Shown piece after piece: positions 22,528 through 33,100 of a stretch of 64,000 nucleotides of DNA (positions are counted from its first letter, which is position 1; every line of letters starts with the position of its first letter). Location of the stretch: NCBI GenBank assembly GCA_043228905.1, contig JBHGNT010000001.1, positions 9,300,001 through 9,364,000 on the forward strand. Direction: 5' to 3'. The stretch comes from Azolla caroliniana. Lineage: Eukaryota; Plantae; Polypodiophyta. The position numbers and the translations under genes were made by a program. The notes below the pieces were generated by a model. It was not told where the DNA came from. It saw only the letters and a program-made list of their open reading frames with translations, and did no database searches.

Positions 22528-24083
22528 GTGCATACCCACATGTGCCGAGTGAAGTCGTCGATGAAGGTTACAAAGTAACGGCTTCCACCGAGACTCACGT
22601 TCTGTGCCGGTCCCCACACATCCGAATGGATCAAATCCAGCGGACTTCGACTACGATTACGCTCATTCGGGAATGGAAGTTGGTGTTGTTTTCCCATCTG
22701 ACAAGCTTCGCAGAATTGGCCATTACGGCCCCGAAATTTCGGCAAGCCGAAGACAATGTTCTTCGTCTGCATCTCACGAAGCCGTGGGAAATTTACATGG
22801 CCGAACCGCTTGTGCCACAGGTCGATATCCGATTTGACCTTTTGTCCTTTTGCGTACAACACGGTGCCAACTTGATTAGTGTCCAGGATAAACATCCTCC
22901 CTTCACGGCACCCTTGCGCGATTACTTTGCCTTCCTCTTCTATGAAGCAGCTGAGATGCGTGAATCGAACCTGCATTCCCTGGTCGACGATCTGACTGAC
23001 CGACACCAGGTTCTTCGTTATTGTCAGGACATGCAACACGTTCATCAGTTTCCCTTTCTGCCCGACGTGGCTAAGGGAAACTTCGCCGACATGTTCGATG
23101 GTATGCAGAGTGTCGTCTCCCGTTTCGACCACTCCTTGCGATTCTGGTTTCTCCAAGTACGAGAACCATTCCTCATGACTCGTCATATGATTTGATGCTC
23201 CGGAATCAACATACCACACCTCACTTGATTTCGAGGTGTTCACGGCCATAGAATTGGCCTTATGCTTCATTACGAAGGTTGGGCCCGATTTGTTTCTGGC
23301 TCGTTCAAAGCCTTCTGCGTAGTGCGATCTTTAACACCTCTCTACGTCTCTTCGGCTCCATCCGACTTTATCCAAATCGGCTCGCTTTTTCCAGCACTCG
23401 CTCTCCTTGTGTCCTTTCTTGCCACAGTACCAGCATTCCAACACGGCCTTCTCTTGCCGGCTTCCGGCGTTGCCATGACTCCCCCTGCTTGTGGAGGGTC
23501 TGAAACTGTTGTCAACATTTCGATTATGTCGTTTGTTCTGCTCTTGTCGGCCGCCTCCATTGCGCGCAGGTCCGCCTTGTCCACCACGACCACGAGGCCT
23601 ATCTTCCTCCGTGTATAACATCTTGCCGTCGGCGTGCGTACTCATCGAAGTACTCGTGTGATTTTCCTCCACGAGCAACATTGGCTGAAGCTCGAAGAAC
23701 GAAGGCGTATTCTCCCTCGTACAGACCGTCGTTTAGAAGGCTCCGAACCTGGACGCTAGCCCACCAAGGCAAACCTGCACCATTTCATCTTCCTCAACGT
23801 TCACATTGACGGAGATGAGAGAATCACAAATTTCCTTGATTCGGGACGTGTAATCAGCCATAGACATATCTTTCTGCCGGACATTGTTGAGCTCTTGCCT
23901 GAGCTACAACTTCTTGGTCGTTGTGCTTGCGGCGAAAATCTTTTTGAGATTCACCCACACGTCCTTTGGCGTCTTAACATCCCGAATATAGCTCAATAGT
24001 TGGTCGCTCACACAGGATGCAAAGTAGTAGAGAACTCTGCTTGCCACTTGTTCCCAAGCCGGAAAATCTCTATGTGTCGAATC
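22524..24083 (-). pseudogene. Copia gag-PR-IN N-terminal part, disrupted; the gag start is at about 29435-29560 beyond the nested element
   Basis: Zinc knuckle [34 protein letters not shown] and [10 protein letters not shown]; contains stop codons. Confidence 0.9.
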
Positions 24084-24088
24084 GGGTG

Positions 24089-24700
24089 TGTTGGGATTAC
24101 GATCCCTTCGGATGGGATGGTCGGATGTCGGAGATGAATGCCGACGAGCCCGGTTTCGGTTTCGGATCCGGATGTTGAAGACCCCGGCTTCGGTGCCGGA
24201 TGACGAATGTACCCGGAGAGCGATCCGGATGCAGGGACATATCCGTGAATATGTTCGCTATGGGCCCCTGAGGCTATAGTTGTAAATAGCCCCAAAGTCA
24301 TATATGTATAAATATGACTTAGGGCAAACAGCTTTCTTGTTGCTAATCATTTTTCTGATTTTCCACTCAAGAGGAGTGAAGAGGGAGCAGCCGTGAGAGA
24401 GAGAGAGAGAGATAGAGCGTGAGAGAGGAAGAGGACTACGCCTCTGTGTATTTCCGCCGCCTGTGGCGAGGACAGCGAGCTCAAGGTCGTCGCCTTGCAG
24501 CTCGCCATTGTGTACTTCTCTTTGTATAGTGTTGGTTTGGAGTCTCGTACTCCCGTGGTTTTTCCCATCTAGGGTTTTCCACGTTAATCCCTGTGTATAC
24601 GTGTGTTTCTCTCTGTGGTTCCTATTTTCTGCTGCATTGATTCGCGATTACTCGGTTGTGGCCGAGTGGTGAAGGTCAATCGAAGCATCGATTCCCAACA
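24089..24700 (+). repeat. 5' LTR of the young Copia
   Basis: TGTTGGGA...TCCCAACA, nearly identical to 28818-29429. Confidence 0.97.
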
Positions 24701-24721
24701 AACTGGTATCAGAGCGGGTTG

Positions 24722-27700
24722 ATGCAGAAAATGGAAGGCGGCGGCAGCGGGCAGCCGGGGATGATGGTGCTGACTGCGCAGAATTACGCCGACTGGAAGA
24801 TCAAGATGGAGGATCTTCTGATTGTTCGGGACCTGTACGAACCGATTGACAGGTCGGAAATACCGAAAGGGGTACTTGAGTCGGAATGGAGGCTTCTGAA
24901 CCGGAAAGCCGTTGCAACCATTCGGCAATACGTCGACGTGAGCGTTCTACAACATGTGGCGAACGACACCAACGCATATGAGATGTGGCGGAAGCTGTCG
25001 GGCCTCTATGAGAGGAAGAATGCGTTGAACCGAACCTCCCTGATGAGGAAGATAGTGAATCTCAAGTACCGGGACGGCGAGAGTATGGTGGAACACGTAA
25101 GCACGTTCATGGGATTCGTGAATCAGCTTGCGGCGATCAAGTTCCCGTTGGAGGATGCAATGCAAGCCATCATCCTGATGTGTACATTGCCGGAAAGCTG
25201 GGAGAACTTGGTGGTGACTCTCAGCACCTCCTGCACAGAGGATAACTTGTCCTTGCAAACGGTAAAGACAAGTATTTTGAACGAAGAAGCGCGTCGGAGA
25301 GATAAAGAACCGGCCTCCGACCCGAAGGCGCTGCTTACCGAATCGGATCGGGGAAGACAATGGAACCGGAGTCCGCAAAGACGGGAGAAGTCGGGGACCC
25401 GGTCGCAGTCAAGAGGAAGGCCCACATGCTTCCACTGTGGGAAGCCGGGGCACTTCCGAAAGAATTGTCGGCATTACCGAAAAGACAACGGAGCCGACGA
25501 CACCGATTCGAAGAAGTCACCGGAGAGAAACGGTGCATACCGGGGAGCCACGGACCGGAGAGGTTCGGATCGGCGAGGGCAGGACCGGAAAGGAACGACG
25601 GCACTCGCGGCAAGTGAGGAAGAAATCATGCTCATCACCGAAGAAGGTGAACTAAACATTGCCGGCGATGAGACGACCTGGGTGGTCGATTCCGGAGCAT
25701 CGTTCCACTTGACCCCGGAGAGAAGATACTTCTCATCCTACACAGCCGGTGAGCATGGTTGTGTTCGGATGGGAAATGAAGGTACGTGCCGGATTGCCGG
25801 CATAGGAGACGTGTGGTTGACAACCCCGACCGGATGCAAAATGCTGTTGAAGGATGTCCGACACGTTCCGGAGGTTCGATTGAACCTGATTTCGGCCGGG
25901 AGGCTAGACGATGAAGGCTATACAGGTAGCATCCGGAACGGCGTAATGAAGTTCAGCAAGGGGAGCCTGATAGTGGCTCGGGCCCGGAAGATCAACACAC
26001 TGTACCTGATGAATGCCCGGTTATGTCCGAAAGAGCTAAATGTGGCAGCCGACACTGCCGGTGAGCTGTGGCACAAAAGACTGTGCCACATGAGTGAGAA
26101 GGGGATGAAGAGGCTTGCAGAAGACAACCTTATTCCAGTGAAGCATGTGCACCTGGAGAAGTGCACCGATTGCCTGGCCGGTAAGCAGAACCGAACCTCC
26201 TTCCACTCAAGGCCACCGACGAGACGTAGCGCACCATTGGAGTTGGTGCACACCGATGTGTGTCAGGTAGAAACGAAGTCACATGGCGGAGCCCAGTACT
26301 TCGTAACTTTCATAGATGATCATAGCCGAAGACTGTGGACGGCACCGATGAAGACAAAGGACCAAGTGTTGTGCGTCTTCAAAGAACTCCACGCGAGAGT
26401 GGAAAGGGAATCCGGCAAGAAGCTGAAAGCGATACGAGCGGATAACGGAGGGGAATACCGGGGGCAGTTCCAGGAGTACTGTCGCTCGAAGGGAATCCGA
26501 CTCGAGTTTACTGTGCCGAAGACGCCGGAACTGAACGGGCTGGCCGAGAGGATGAACCGGACCATAATGGAGAGGGTCCGGAGTATGCTGGCGCATGCGA
26601 AATTACCCAAGGGATTTTGGGTTGAGGCAATGTCGACGGCGACATATGTGATAAACAGATCACCCTCAGTACCTTTGGACGGAGACACGCCGCAGAGAGT
26701 GTGGACCGGTAGGGAAGTATCCTACCGGCATCTGAAGGTGTTCGGGTGTCTCGCATACGTGCATGTGGCAAAGGACCGGAGAGGAAAGCTAGATCCAAAG
26801 ACCCGGCCATGCATATTCCTCGGTTACGGCGACGACGAGTTCGGCTACCGAGTATGGGACCCGGTTGACAAGAAGATATTCCGGAGTCGCGATATCATCT
26901 TCATGGAGAACAAGACACTCGCCGACTGGGAGTCGGAGAAGAAGATGAAGAGCTCCAAGTCGACCGGTGAGGATCAACTCTACGAGGAGCAGTCCCGACC
27001 GGCAAGGGACCGGTTAGCACTCGAGGATCCGGCCGAAGACGGTGAAGAAACAGAACCGGCCGAAGAAGATGAAAATGATACCGGAACCGGCCCCGATCCC
27101 GAAATGGATTCGGATGAAGAAGAAGAATCGGAAGAACCGGTTACCGAAGCTCCCGAACGGAGATATCCTCTAAGAGAGAGGAGGGCCCCCTGGAGATTTC
27201 CGGATCCAGAGCACGTGCTGCTAACCGACGAGGGGGAGCCGGAGAGCTTTGAAGAAGCAAAGCACGACACCCAGAGCCGCAGGTGGTTGAGTGCCATGCA
27301 GGACGAGATGGATTCCCTGCATGAGAACCACACATATGAACTTGTGGAGTTGCCGAAAGGAAAGCGGGCACTTCGAAACAAGTGGGTGTTCAAGCTGAAA
27401 CCGGGAGATGCCGGAAACCCCCCGAGATACAAAGCCAGGATCGTGGTGAAGGGGTTTCAGCAGAAGAAGGGCGTCGACTTCGACGAGATATTTGCCCCGG
27501 TAGTGAAGATGACCTCCATCCGGACGGTGCTGAGCATAGCGGCAAGCATGGACCTCGAGGTAGAACAGATGGACGTGAAGACGGCATTCCTTCACGGTGA
27601 CCTCGATGAAGAGATCTACATGCAGCAACCGGAAGGATTCGAGAAGAAAGGGAAGGAGCACCTGGTATGCCGGTTGAAGAAGAGCCTTTACGGACTGAAG

Positions 27701-28807
27701 CAGGCTCCCCGGCAATGGTATCGGAAATTCGACTCCTTCATGACCGACGAAGGGTACCTCAAAACGCAGTCCGACCACTGCGTGTTTGTGAAGAAGTTCG
27801 AAGGAGGAGACTTCCTAATACTCCTCCTGTACGTGGACGACATGTTGATCGTCGGACGGGACCAGGTCAAGATACGGATGCTGAAGAAGGCTCTTCACCA
27901 AACCTTCTCAATGAAGGACTTGGGTCCGGCGAGGCAAATACTAGGGATGCACATCATCCGGGACCGGAAGAAGAAGCAGTTGTGGCTGTCACAGGAGAAG
28001 TACGTGACGAAGGTGCTTCACCGGTTCAACATGTCGGAAGCAAGACCGGTCGGATCGACCCTCCCGACAAACTGCAAGCTGTCCAACAAACAAAGTCCCA
28101 AGACAAAGGCTGAAAAGGAGGATATGATGAAAGTGCCATATGCCTCAGCCGTCGGGAGCTTGATGTACGCCATGGTGTGTACGAGACCGGACATCGGATA
28201 TGCAGTCGGAGTGGTGAGCCGGTACATGAGCAATCCCGGCAAAGAGCATTGGAACGCGGCCAAGTGGATACTCCGATACCTGAAGGGCACGGCAAACGTG
28301 TGCCTCCGATTCGGCTCCGGTAAGCCCGAACTCGACGGCTTTACCGATTCGGATATGTCGGCTGATGCAGATACCAGCCGGTCCACATCAGGGTATGTGA
28401 TGACGTATGCAGGGGGAGCTGTTTCATGGCAGTCGAGGCTGCAGAAGACGGTTGCGTTGTCAACCACGGAGGCGGAGTACATGGCGGCTGTTGAAGCCGG
28501 CAAGGAAGTAATATGGATGAAGGACTTCATTAGAGAGCTCGGTATCCGGCAGGAGGAGTACCGACTCTACTGTGACAGTCAGAGTGCAATCCACCTTGCG
28601 AAGAACGCGGCCTATCACTCCCGGACGAAGCACATCCAGCGAAGATATCACTGGATCCGGGAAAGGATAGAAGACAAGGAGTTCGTGCTGACAAAGATCC
28701 ACACGGACGAGAACGGGTCGGATATGCTGACCAAGGTCCTCACACCCGACAAGCTGGAAGCATGCCGGAAGAGGATCGGATTGGAAAGACATCCCATGCC
28801 GAAGTGA
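24722..28807 (+). CDS. Copia gag-pol polyprotein (gag, zinc knuckle, PR, IN, RT, RNase H)
   Basis: First ATG after the PBS at 24722 (alternative at 24731). Motifs CFHCGKPGHFRKNC, WVVDSGAS, WHKRLCH, IRADNGGEY, NGLAERMN, MDVKTAFLHG, LYVDDML, YCDSQSAI. Confidence 0.95.
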   Translation: MQKMEGGGSGQPGMMVLTAQNYADWKIKMEDLLIVRDLYEPIDRSEIPKGVLESEWRLLNRKAVATIRQYVDVSVLQHVANDTNAYEMWRKLSGLYERKNALNRTSLMRKIVNLKYRDGESMVEHVSTFMGFVNQLAAIKFPLEDAMQAIILMCTLPESWENLVVTLSTSCTEDNLSLQTVKTSILNEEARRRDKEPASDPKALLTESDRGRQWNRSPQRREKSGTRSQSRGRPTCFHCGKPGHFRKNCRHYRKDNGADDTDSKKSPERNGAYRGATDRRGSDRRGQDRKGTTALAASEEEIMLITEEGELNIAGDETTWVVDSGASFHLTPERRYFSSYTAGEHGCVRMGNEGTCRIAGIGDVWLTTPTGCKMLLKDVRHVPEVRLNLISAGRLDDEGYTGSIRNGVMKFSKGSLIVARARKINTLYLMNARLCPKELNVAADTAGELWHKRLCHMSEKGMKRLAEDNLIPVKHVHLEKCTDCLAGKQNRTSFHSRPPTRRSAPLELVHTDVCQVETKSHGGAQYFVTFIDDHSRRLWTAPMKTKDQVLCVFKELHARVERESGKKLKAIRADNGGEYRGQFQEYCRSKGIRLEFTVPKTPELNGLAERMNRTIMERVRSMLAHAKLPKGFWVEAMSTATYVINRSPSVPLDGDTPQRVWTGREVSYRHLKVFGCLAYVHVAKDRRGKLDPKTRPCIFLGYGDDEFGYRVWDPVDKKIFRSRDIIFMENKTLADWESEKKMKSSKSTGEDQLYEEQSRPARDRLALEDPAEDGEETEPAEEDENDTGTGPDPEMDSDEEEESEEPVTEAPERRYPLRERRAPWRFPDPEHVLLTDEGEPESFEEAKHDTQSRRWLSAMQDEMDSLHENHTYELVELPKGKRALRNKWVFKLKPGDAGNPPRYKARIVVKGFQQKKGVDFDEIFAPVVKMTSIRTVLSIAASMDLEVEQMDVKTAFLHGDLDEEIYMQQPEGFEKKGKEHLVCRLKKSLYGLKQAPRQWYRKFDSFMTDEGYLKTQSDHCVFVKKFEGGDFLILLLYVDDMLIVGRDQVKIRMLKKALHQTFSMKDLGPARQILGMHIIRDRKKKQLWLSQEKYVTKVLHRFNMSEARPVGSTLPTNCKLSNKQSPKTKAEKEDMMKVPYASAVGSLMYAMVCTRPDIGYAVGVVSRYMSNPGKEHWNAAKWILRYLKGTANVCLRFGSGKPELDGFTDSDMSADADTSRSTSGYVMTYAGGAVSWQSRLQKTVALSTTEAEYMAAVEAGKEVIWMKDFIRELGIRQEEYRLYCDSQSAIHLAKNAAYHSRTKHIQRRYHWIRERIEDKEFVLTKIHTDENGSDMLTKVLTPDKLEACRKRIGLERHPMPK

Positions 28808-28817
28808 AGGGGGAGTT

Positions 28818-29429
28818 TGTTGGGATTACGATCCCTTCGGATGGGATGGTCGGATGTCGGAGATGAATGCCGACGAGCCCGGTTTCGGTTTCGGATCCGG
28901 ATGTTGAAGACCCCGGCTTCGGTGCCGGATGACGAATGTACCCGGAGAGCGATCCGGATGCAGGGACATATCCGTGAATATGTTCGCTATGGGCCCCTGA
29001 GGCTATAGTTGTAAATAGCCCCAAAGTCATATATGTATAAATATGACTTAGGGCAAACAACTTTCTTGTTGCTAATCATTTTTCTGATTTTCCACTCAAG
29101 AGGAGTGAAGAGGGAGCAGCCGTGAGAGAGAGAGAGAGAGATAGAGCGTGAGAGAGGAAGAGGACTACGCCTCTGTGTATTTCCGCCGCCTGTGGCGAGG
29201 ACAGCGAGCTCAAGGTCGTCGCCTTGCAGCTCGCCATTGTGTACTTCTCTTTGTATAGTGTTGGTTTGGAGTCTCGTACTCCCGTGGTTTTTCCCATCTA
29301 GGGTTTTCCACGTTAATCCCTGTGTATACGTGTGTTTCTCTCTGTGGTTCCTATTTTCTGCTGCATTGATTCGCGATTACTCGGTTGTGGCCGAGTGGTG
29401 AAGGTCAATCGAAGCGTCGATTCCCAACA
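28818..29429 (+). repeat. 3' LTR of the young Copia
   Basis: Follows the PPT and is followed by the TSD GGGTG. Confidence 0.97.
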
Positions 29430-29681
29430 GGGTGCTACATCATTAGCTCCTTCGACATAACTCCAGTAGTTGTGACCGAGCAGGTATTGGTGCATCTTGT
29501 ATGACCAAGATGCGTAGTTGCTCCTGTCGAGCTTTTCAGTCGGTAGGGAGCTTCCCATACGTCTGTCCATATTGCCGTCTTTTTCTTTTCCGAACAAAAA
29601 CGAAGAACAACTTCAACTCTGTTTTGTTGCAAGCTTTTCCTGTCAGCTGCAGAGGACTTCAACCCTCGCGCACTTATACCA

Positions 29682-30100
29682 TGTAAAAGAATACGTGTGC
29701 GGAAGCATGTGCGTAAACATAGAGTACACAGTTCGGAAATAAGACTTCGGTAAATGTAGAAAACATAGAGATGGAGATGGAGATAGAGAGACAGAGAGAG
29801 ACCAAACAACTCAGTTATATTTCAAAATAATGACGCTTTGTACATTCTTCGTGCTCAATGAGCACCTTTTATACAAGCCCTGACTATCGAACTGACACAA
29901 GTACTAACAGTACTTGACTGCTCATAAATGAGCCTACTACACTAACTCCCAAAATTATTCCTTACAAGGAATACCATACTAACGGCCTTTTGGTTTACAC
30001 ACCGATACAGCCACGTTATGTGTATTGTTTTTACGCACCCAGTCTACGCATTGGGTTACGCACCGTATTACGCAACCAATGTTGAGCTTGTCACTCAACA
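29682..30100 (-). repeat. 5' LTR of the older Copia
   Basis: Direct repeat of 19276-19685; followed on the minus strand by a TGGTAT... PBS. Confidence 0.92.
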
Positions 30101-33100
30101 GTTCCCTTTCATTCCCTAGAAATGCTTCATCCTCCATTAAAATCGTCATCTCATCCACAAATTTAGACAAAGTATATATATATACATCCCCCCCCCCCCC
30201 CCCCCCCCTTTTCATCTATAAGGACGGTTTTACCACGCAAAGTTGTCCTTATAACATTAGCCATGTCGATGACGGAAATCTCCCAAACGATGTACCTATG
30301 ACAACAAAATGACATAGTAACCGCATCACCTCAAGAAAAAATGCTTTTACCCCCACACCATCTTCACTCATCCTTATCACTAAAAATTCTTCATTCAGTC
30401 CACATCAACCATTTCGCCGAATATCGCCAAGTTCCTGTCTAAATAACAACAAAATTAATCTAGAGTAATTCCTCCTCCCCTCATGATCTGCTTCGGCCCC
30501 CACACCATCATCAGTCATTGTAGTGAGAAACCTAAAGTCTTTTATTCAAACCACATCAACATGTCAATGTCGTCGACCATCTTGCCATCTCGTCGATGCC
30601 CGCCAACATCCTTCTCATGATATCAACTTCAGCCCCTACAACATCATCTGTCATCCTTACAAAAAACAGAAAATGATTTCCTCTAATCCACATAAATCAT
30701 CTCGCCATCGCTGATTATCACCAGTATATCAACTTCCTTCTCAAACACAAAAAATTCAAAATTTATGTTCTTATGTGAAGGAAATGTATTTCATCCCAAC
30801 TTAATTACGAAGACCAATGTCACCAAACTCTCTTAATAAGAAATTGGGCACATTATTTTGAAAGTTTAATCTCAATTGTTACTGCACAATAGGAAACATA
30901 TTTTAAGCTCATTAGCATGTCAAAACTTCACGTTCTTATAACTTCTCAATCTAGTGCCAATCTTTAGACAAGAAACTTGCTACTTAGGAATACAAACCAC
31001 AACTTGAAAAGATTTCCCATGGATAGTTTCCAAATAAAAACGCTCCAACAAAGGGACCATAGATAGTTACATTCCCAACATGACGACATGCATAAAAAGG
31101 TTTGGGGTTTAATGTATAAAAAGAAGGGAAGTTACTCCAATGTAGTAAAAACTCTCTATGTGAATTTAATGCTCACATATATCATTATAATTTATATGTA
31201 TGTGCTCACCCTTCATGATGGGCATTTGAGTATGACATTTACATTCTCATGGTTGTCAACAAGTCATAATATTTCTCGTCAATTACCTTATATGCTAAAT
31301 GATATTCTTCCACCAACTTGTGTGACCAAGCTCAAATATCTTAAATATCTTCATATTTGAGCGATGATGCTATGATGTTACCACAACACTAACTTGTGTG
31401 ATCAAGCTCAAAGAAGAGTTAGGGATCTTTGAGGGCGAAGTCTCAAGGAAGTAGTGAGGTGTGATTGGACATGTTTTGCATTTTTACCCTGTATTGGGAC
31501 CAACATTGGGGTTAATAATTGCAATGAAATATTCAAATTTTGACATTTTAGAATTCATGTTTATGCCTCTAGTAATCTATCCTCCATTATCACATACTTC
31601 ATAGCATCACCTAAGGGCTCCAAAAGATCTTTTACTCCCATCTCTTAAACCGTTTCATAATGTCAAGCACCCAACAAGATGAGACAGTTTGTTTGTTTTG
31701 ATTTATTTGTTTTGGTACCTTCCATCCTATGTTCCAAGCTTGTTTTGGCACTCTATCATTAGACATGTTCTTGAGTTTTGTAATATACTTGTGTACACTT
31801 TGTATTGGATGGATGGAAGAGCATCAATGTCTTGTTGTTGTGAATGTGTAAGTTACAAAGTCATTATTGTAGTACATTATTATTATGATGCATTCATGTA
31901 GATGTAGAATTGGGTTAGGCTACAAAAGATTGTGGAGATGAGTTATCTAAAATTCTCAATCACACGCATTGTCATGGTAAGAGAGACAAAACATAGATTG
32001 TTGTGGGGGGTAGGGATTCCTTGTACCGTGTACATGTTTAATCATATGGATTGTTAGGGAAATGACTTCGTTTGTTTGTCATATTAGCTTTATTTAGATC
32101 CCTAAACTCCATTTATTCTAACAAATGAATAGTAATAAGTTTGTGTATGTATTATCAAGGACAAACAAAATTGTGGATTCTACTATTGCTGAAATTTTGA
32201 ATATAACAAATGAAACAATTATGGAGTAACATGGCATCTTTCGGTTTAAATGGTGAAAGATGTTTAAGTGCATGTATATGAGTTAATAAAGCAGCAACTC
32301 ACACATTTGTATGCAATATATCTGAATTATAGGAGATATTGGCATAGAAAATACACCCTAAAGTTTAAACTATAATCTATTGCCTTGAAAATGTCATCAT
32401 TCTTATTCAATAGATTTACAACATCGTATTGGTTCACATTTCATTAATTGCTTGTTTTTTTTCAAGCTTGATGGTTGATCCCCATTTATGCATTTTCTCC
32501 ACAACATTGTTGTCTGCCAATTGCTTCTTTGTGAAGAATTCTTGATGCCATAAAGTGTATTTTGTAACGATATTATATCAATATTAAAATTCAAGCCCTT
32601 GGTTTAATGACAAATCATATCCTAAGAAAATGGGGGATAACTATTACAATAAAGAGGGGTGATGGCATGCCTACGATGATTTATTACACAAAAAATACTA
32701 ACTGCAATTATTGTTGTCCTACACGTTGAAGTTGTACCTCCCTAGTGTCGACCATAAGCTTGAAATGTACAAAGTGAGGATAAGGCTGAATATGTTCGTG
32801 GTTATCGGTCCTTTGCATAATAAATAATTATCCGTCTTACTGCTTTTGGAATTGAAACTATATCCAATGATATTTATCTAGTTGTATATGTTTTAGACAC
32901 TTCAAATCATTGAAGATCACATGATGGGTCAAAAAGTTCAAATACCCCAATATGAAGCCATATATGTACCTGCTTTGCTCAAACAAAGAGCATAAAGGTG
33001 CAACCACTAGAATTAATAAATTCAAACTTTCTATGGTGAAAGAATAATGACAACCAAACATGGTCATGCACTCATATTTATGAATTCAACAATAGAATAT

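Larger units (their letters stand above)
24089..29429 (+). mobile_element. Intact, very young Ty1/copia LTR retrotransposon (Tnt1/Tto1-like)
   Basis: 612-bp LTRs (24089-24700 and 28818-29429, TG...CA, two differences seen), perfect TSD GGGTG (24084-24088 and 29430-29434), PBS TGGTATCAGAGC at 24704, PPT GAAGGGGGAG, uninterrupted ORF. Confidence 0.98.
19276..30100 (-). mobile_element. Older Ty1/copia LTR retrotransposon, decayed and rearranged; host of nested insertions
   Basis: LTRs at 29682-30100 and 19276-19685 (TGTTGAG...TTTTACA on minus, visibly diverged). Degenerate Met PBS TGGTATAAGTGC, PPT TTGAGGAGGAG. Fragments of gag (NYASWSYKM, CWYCGKKGH), PR (WYVDSGAS), IN ([15 protein letters not shown]), RT and RNase H (YCDN, HIEVHYHF). 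Confidence 0.92.

Noticed and set aside
22161-23195. 344-aa ORF as a real gene
   Set aside because: Chimera of an inverted RT fragment and the antisense strand of IN/PR.
24656-24721. ORF-track start of the Copia polyprotein
   Set aside because: Non-ATG start inside the LTR; the first ATG after the PBS is at 24722.
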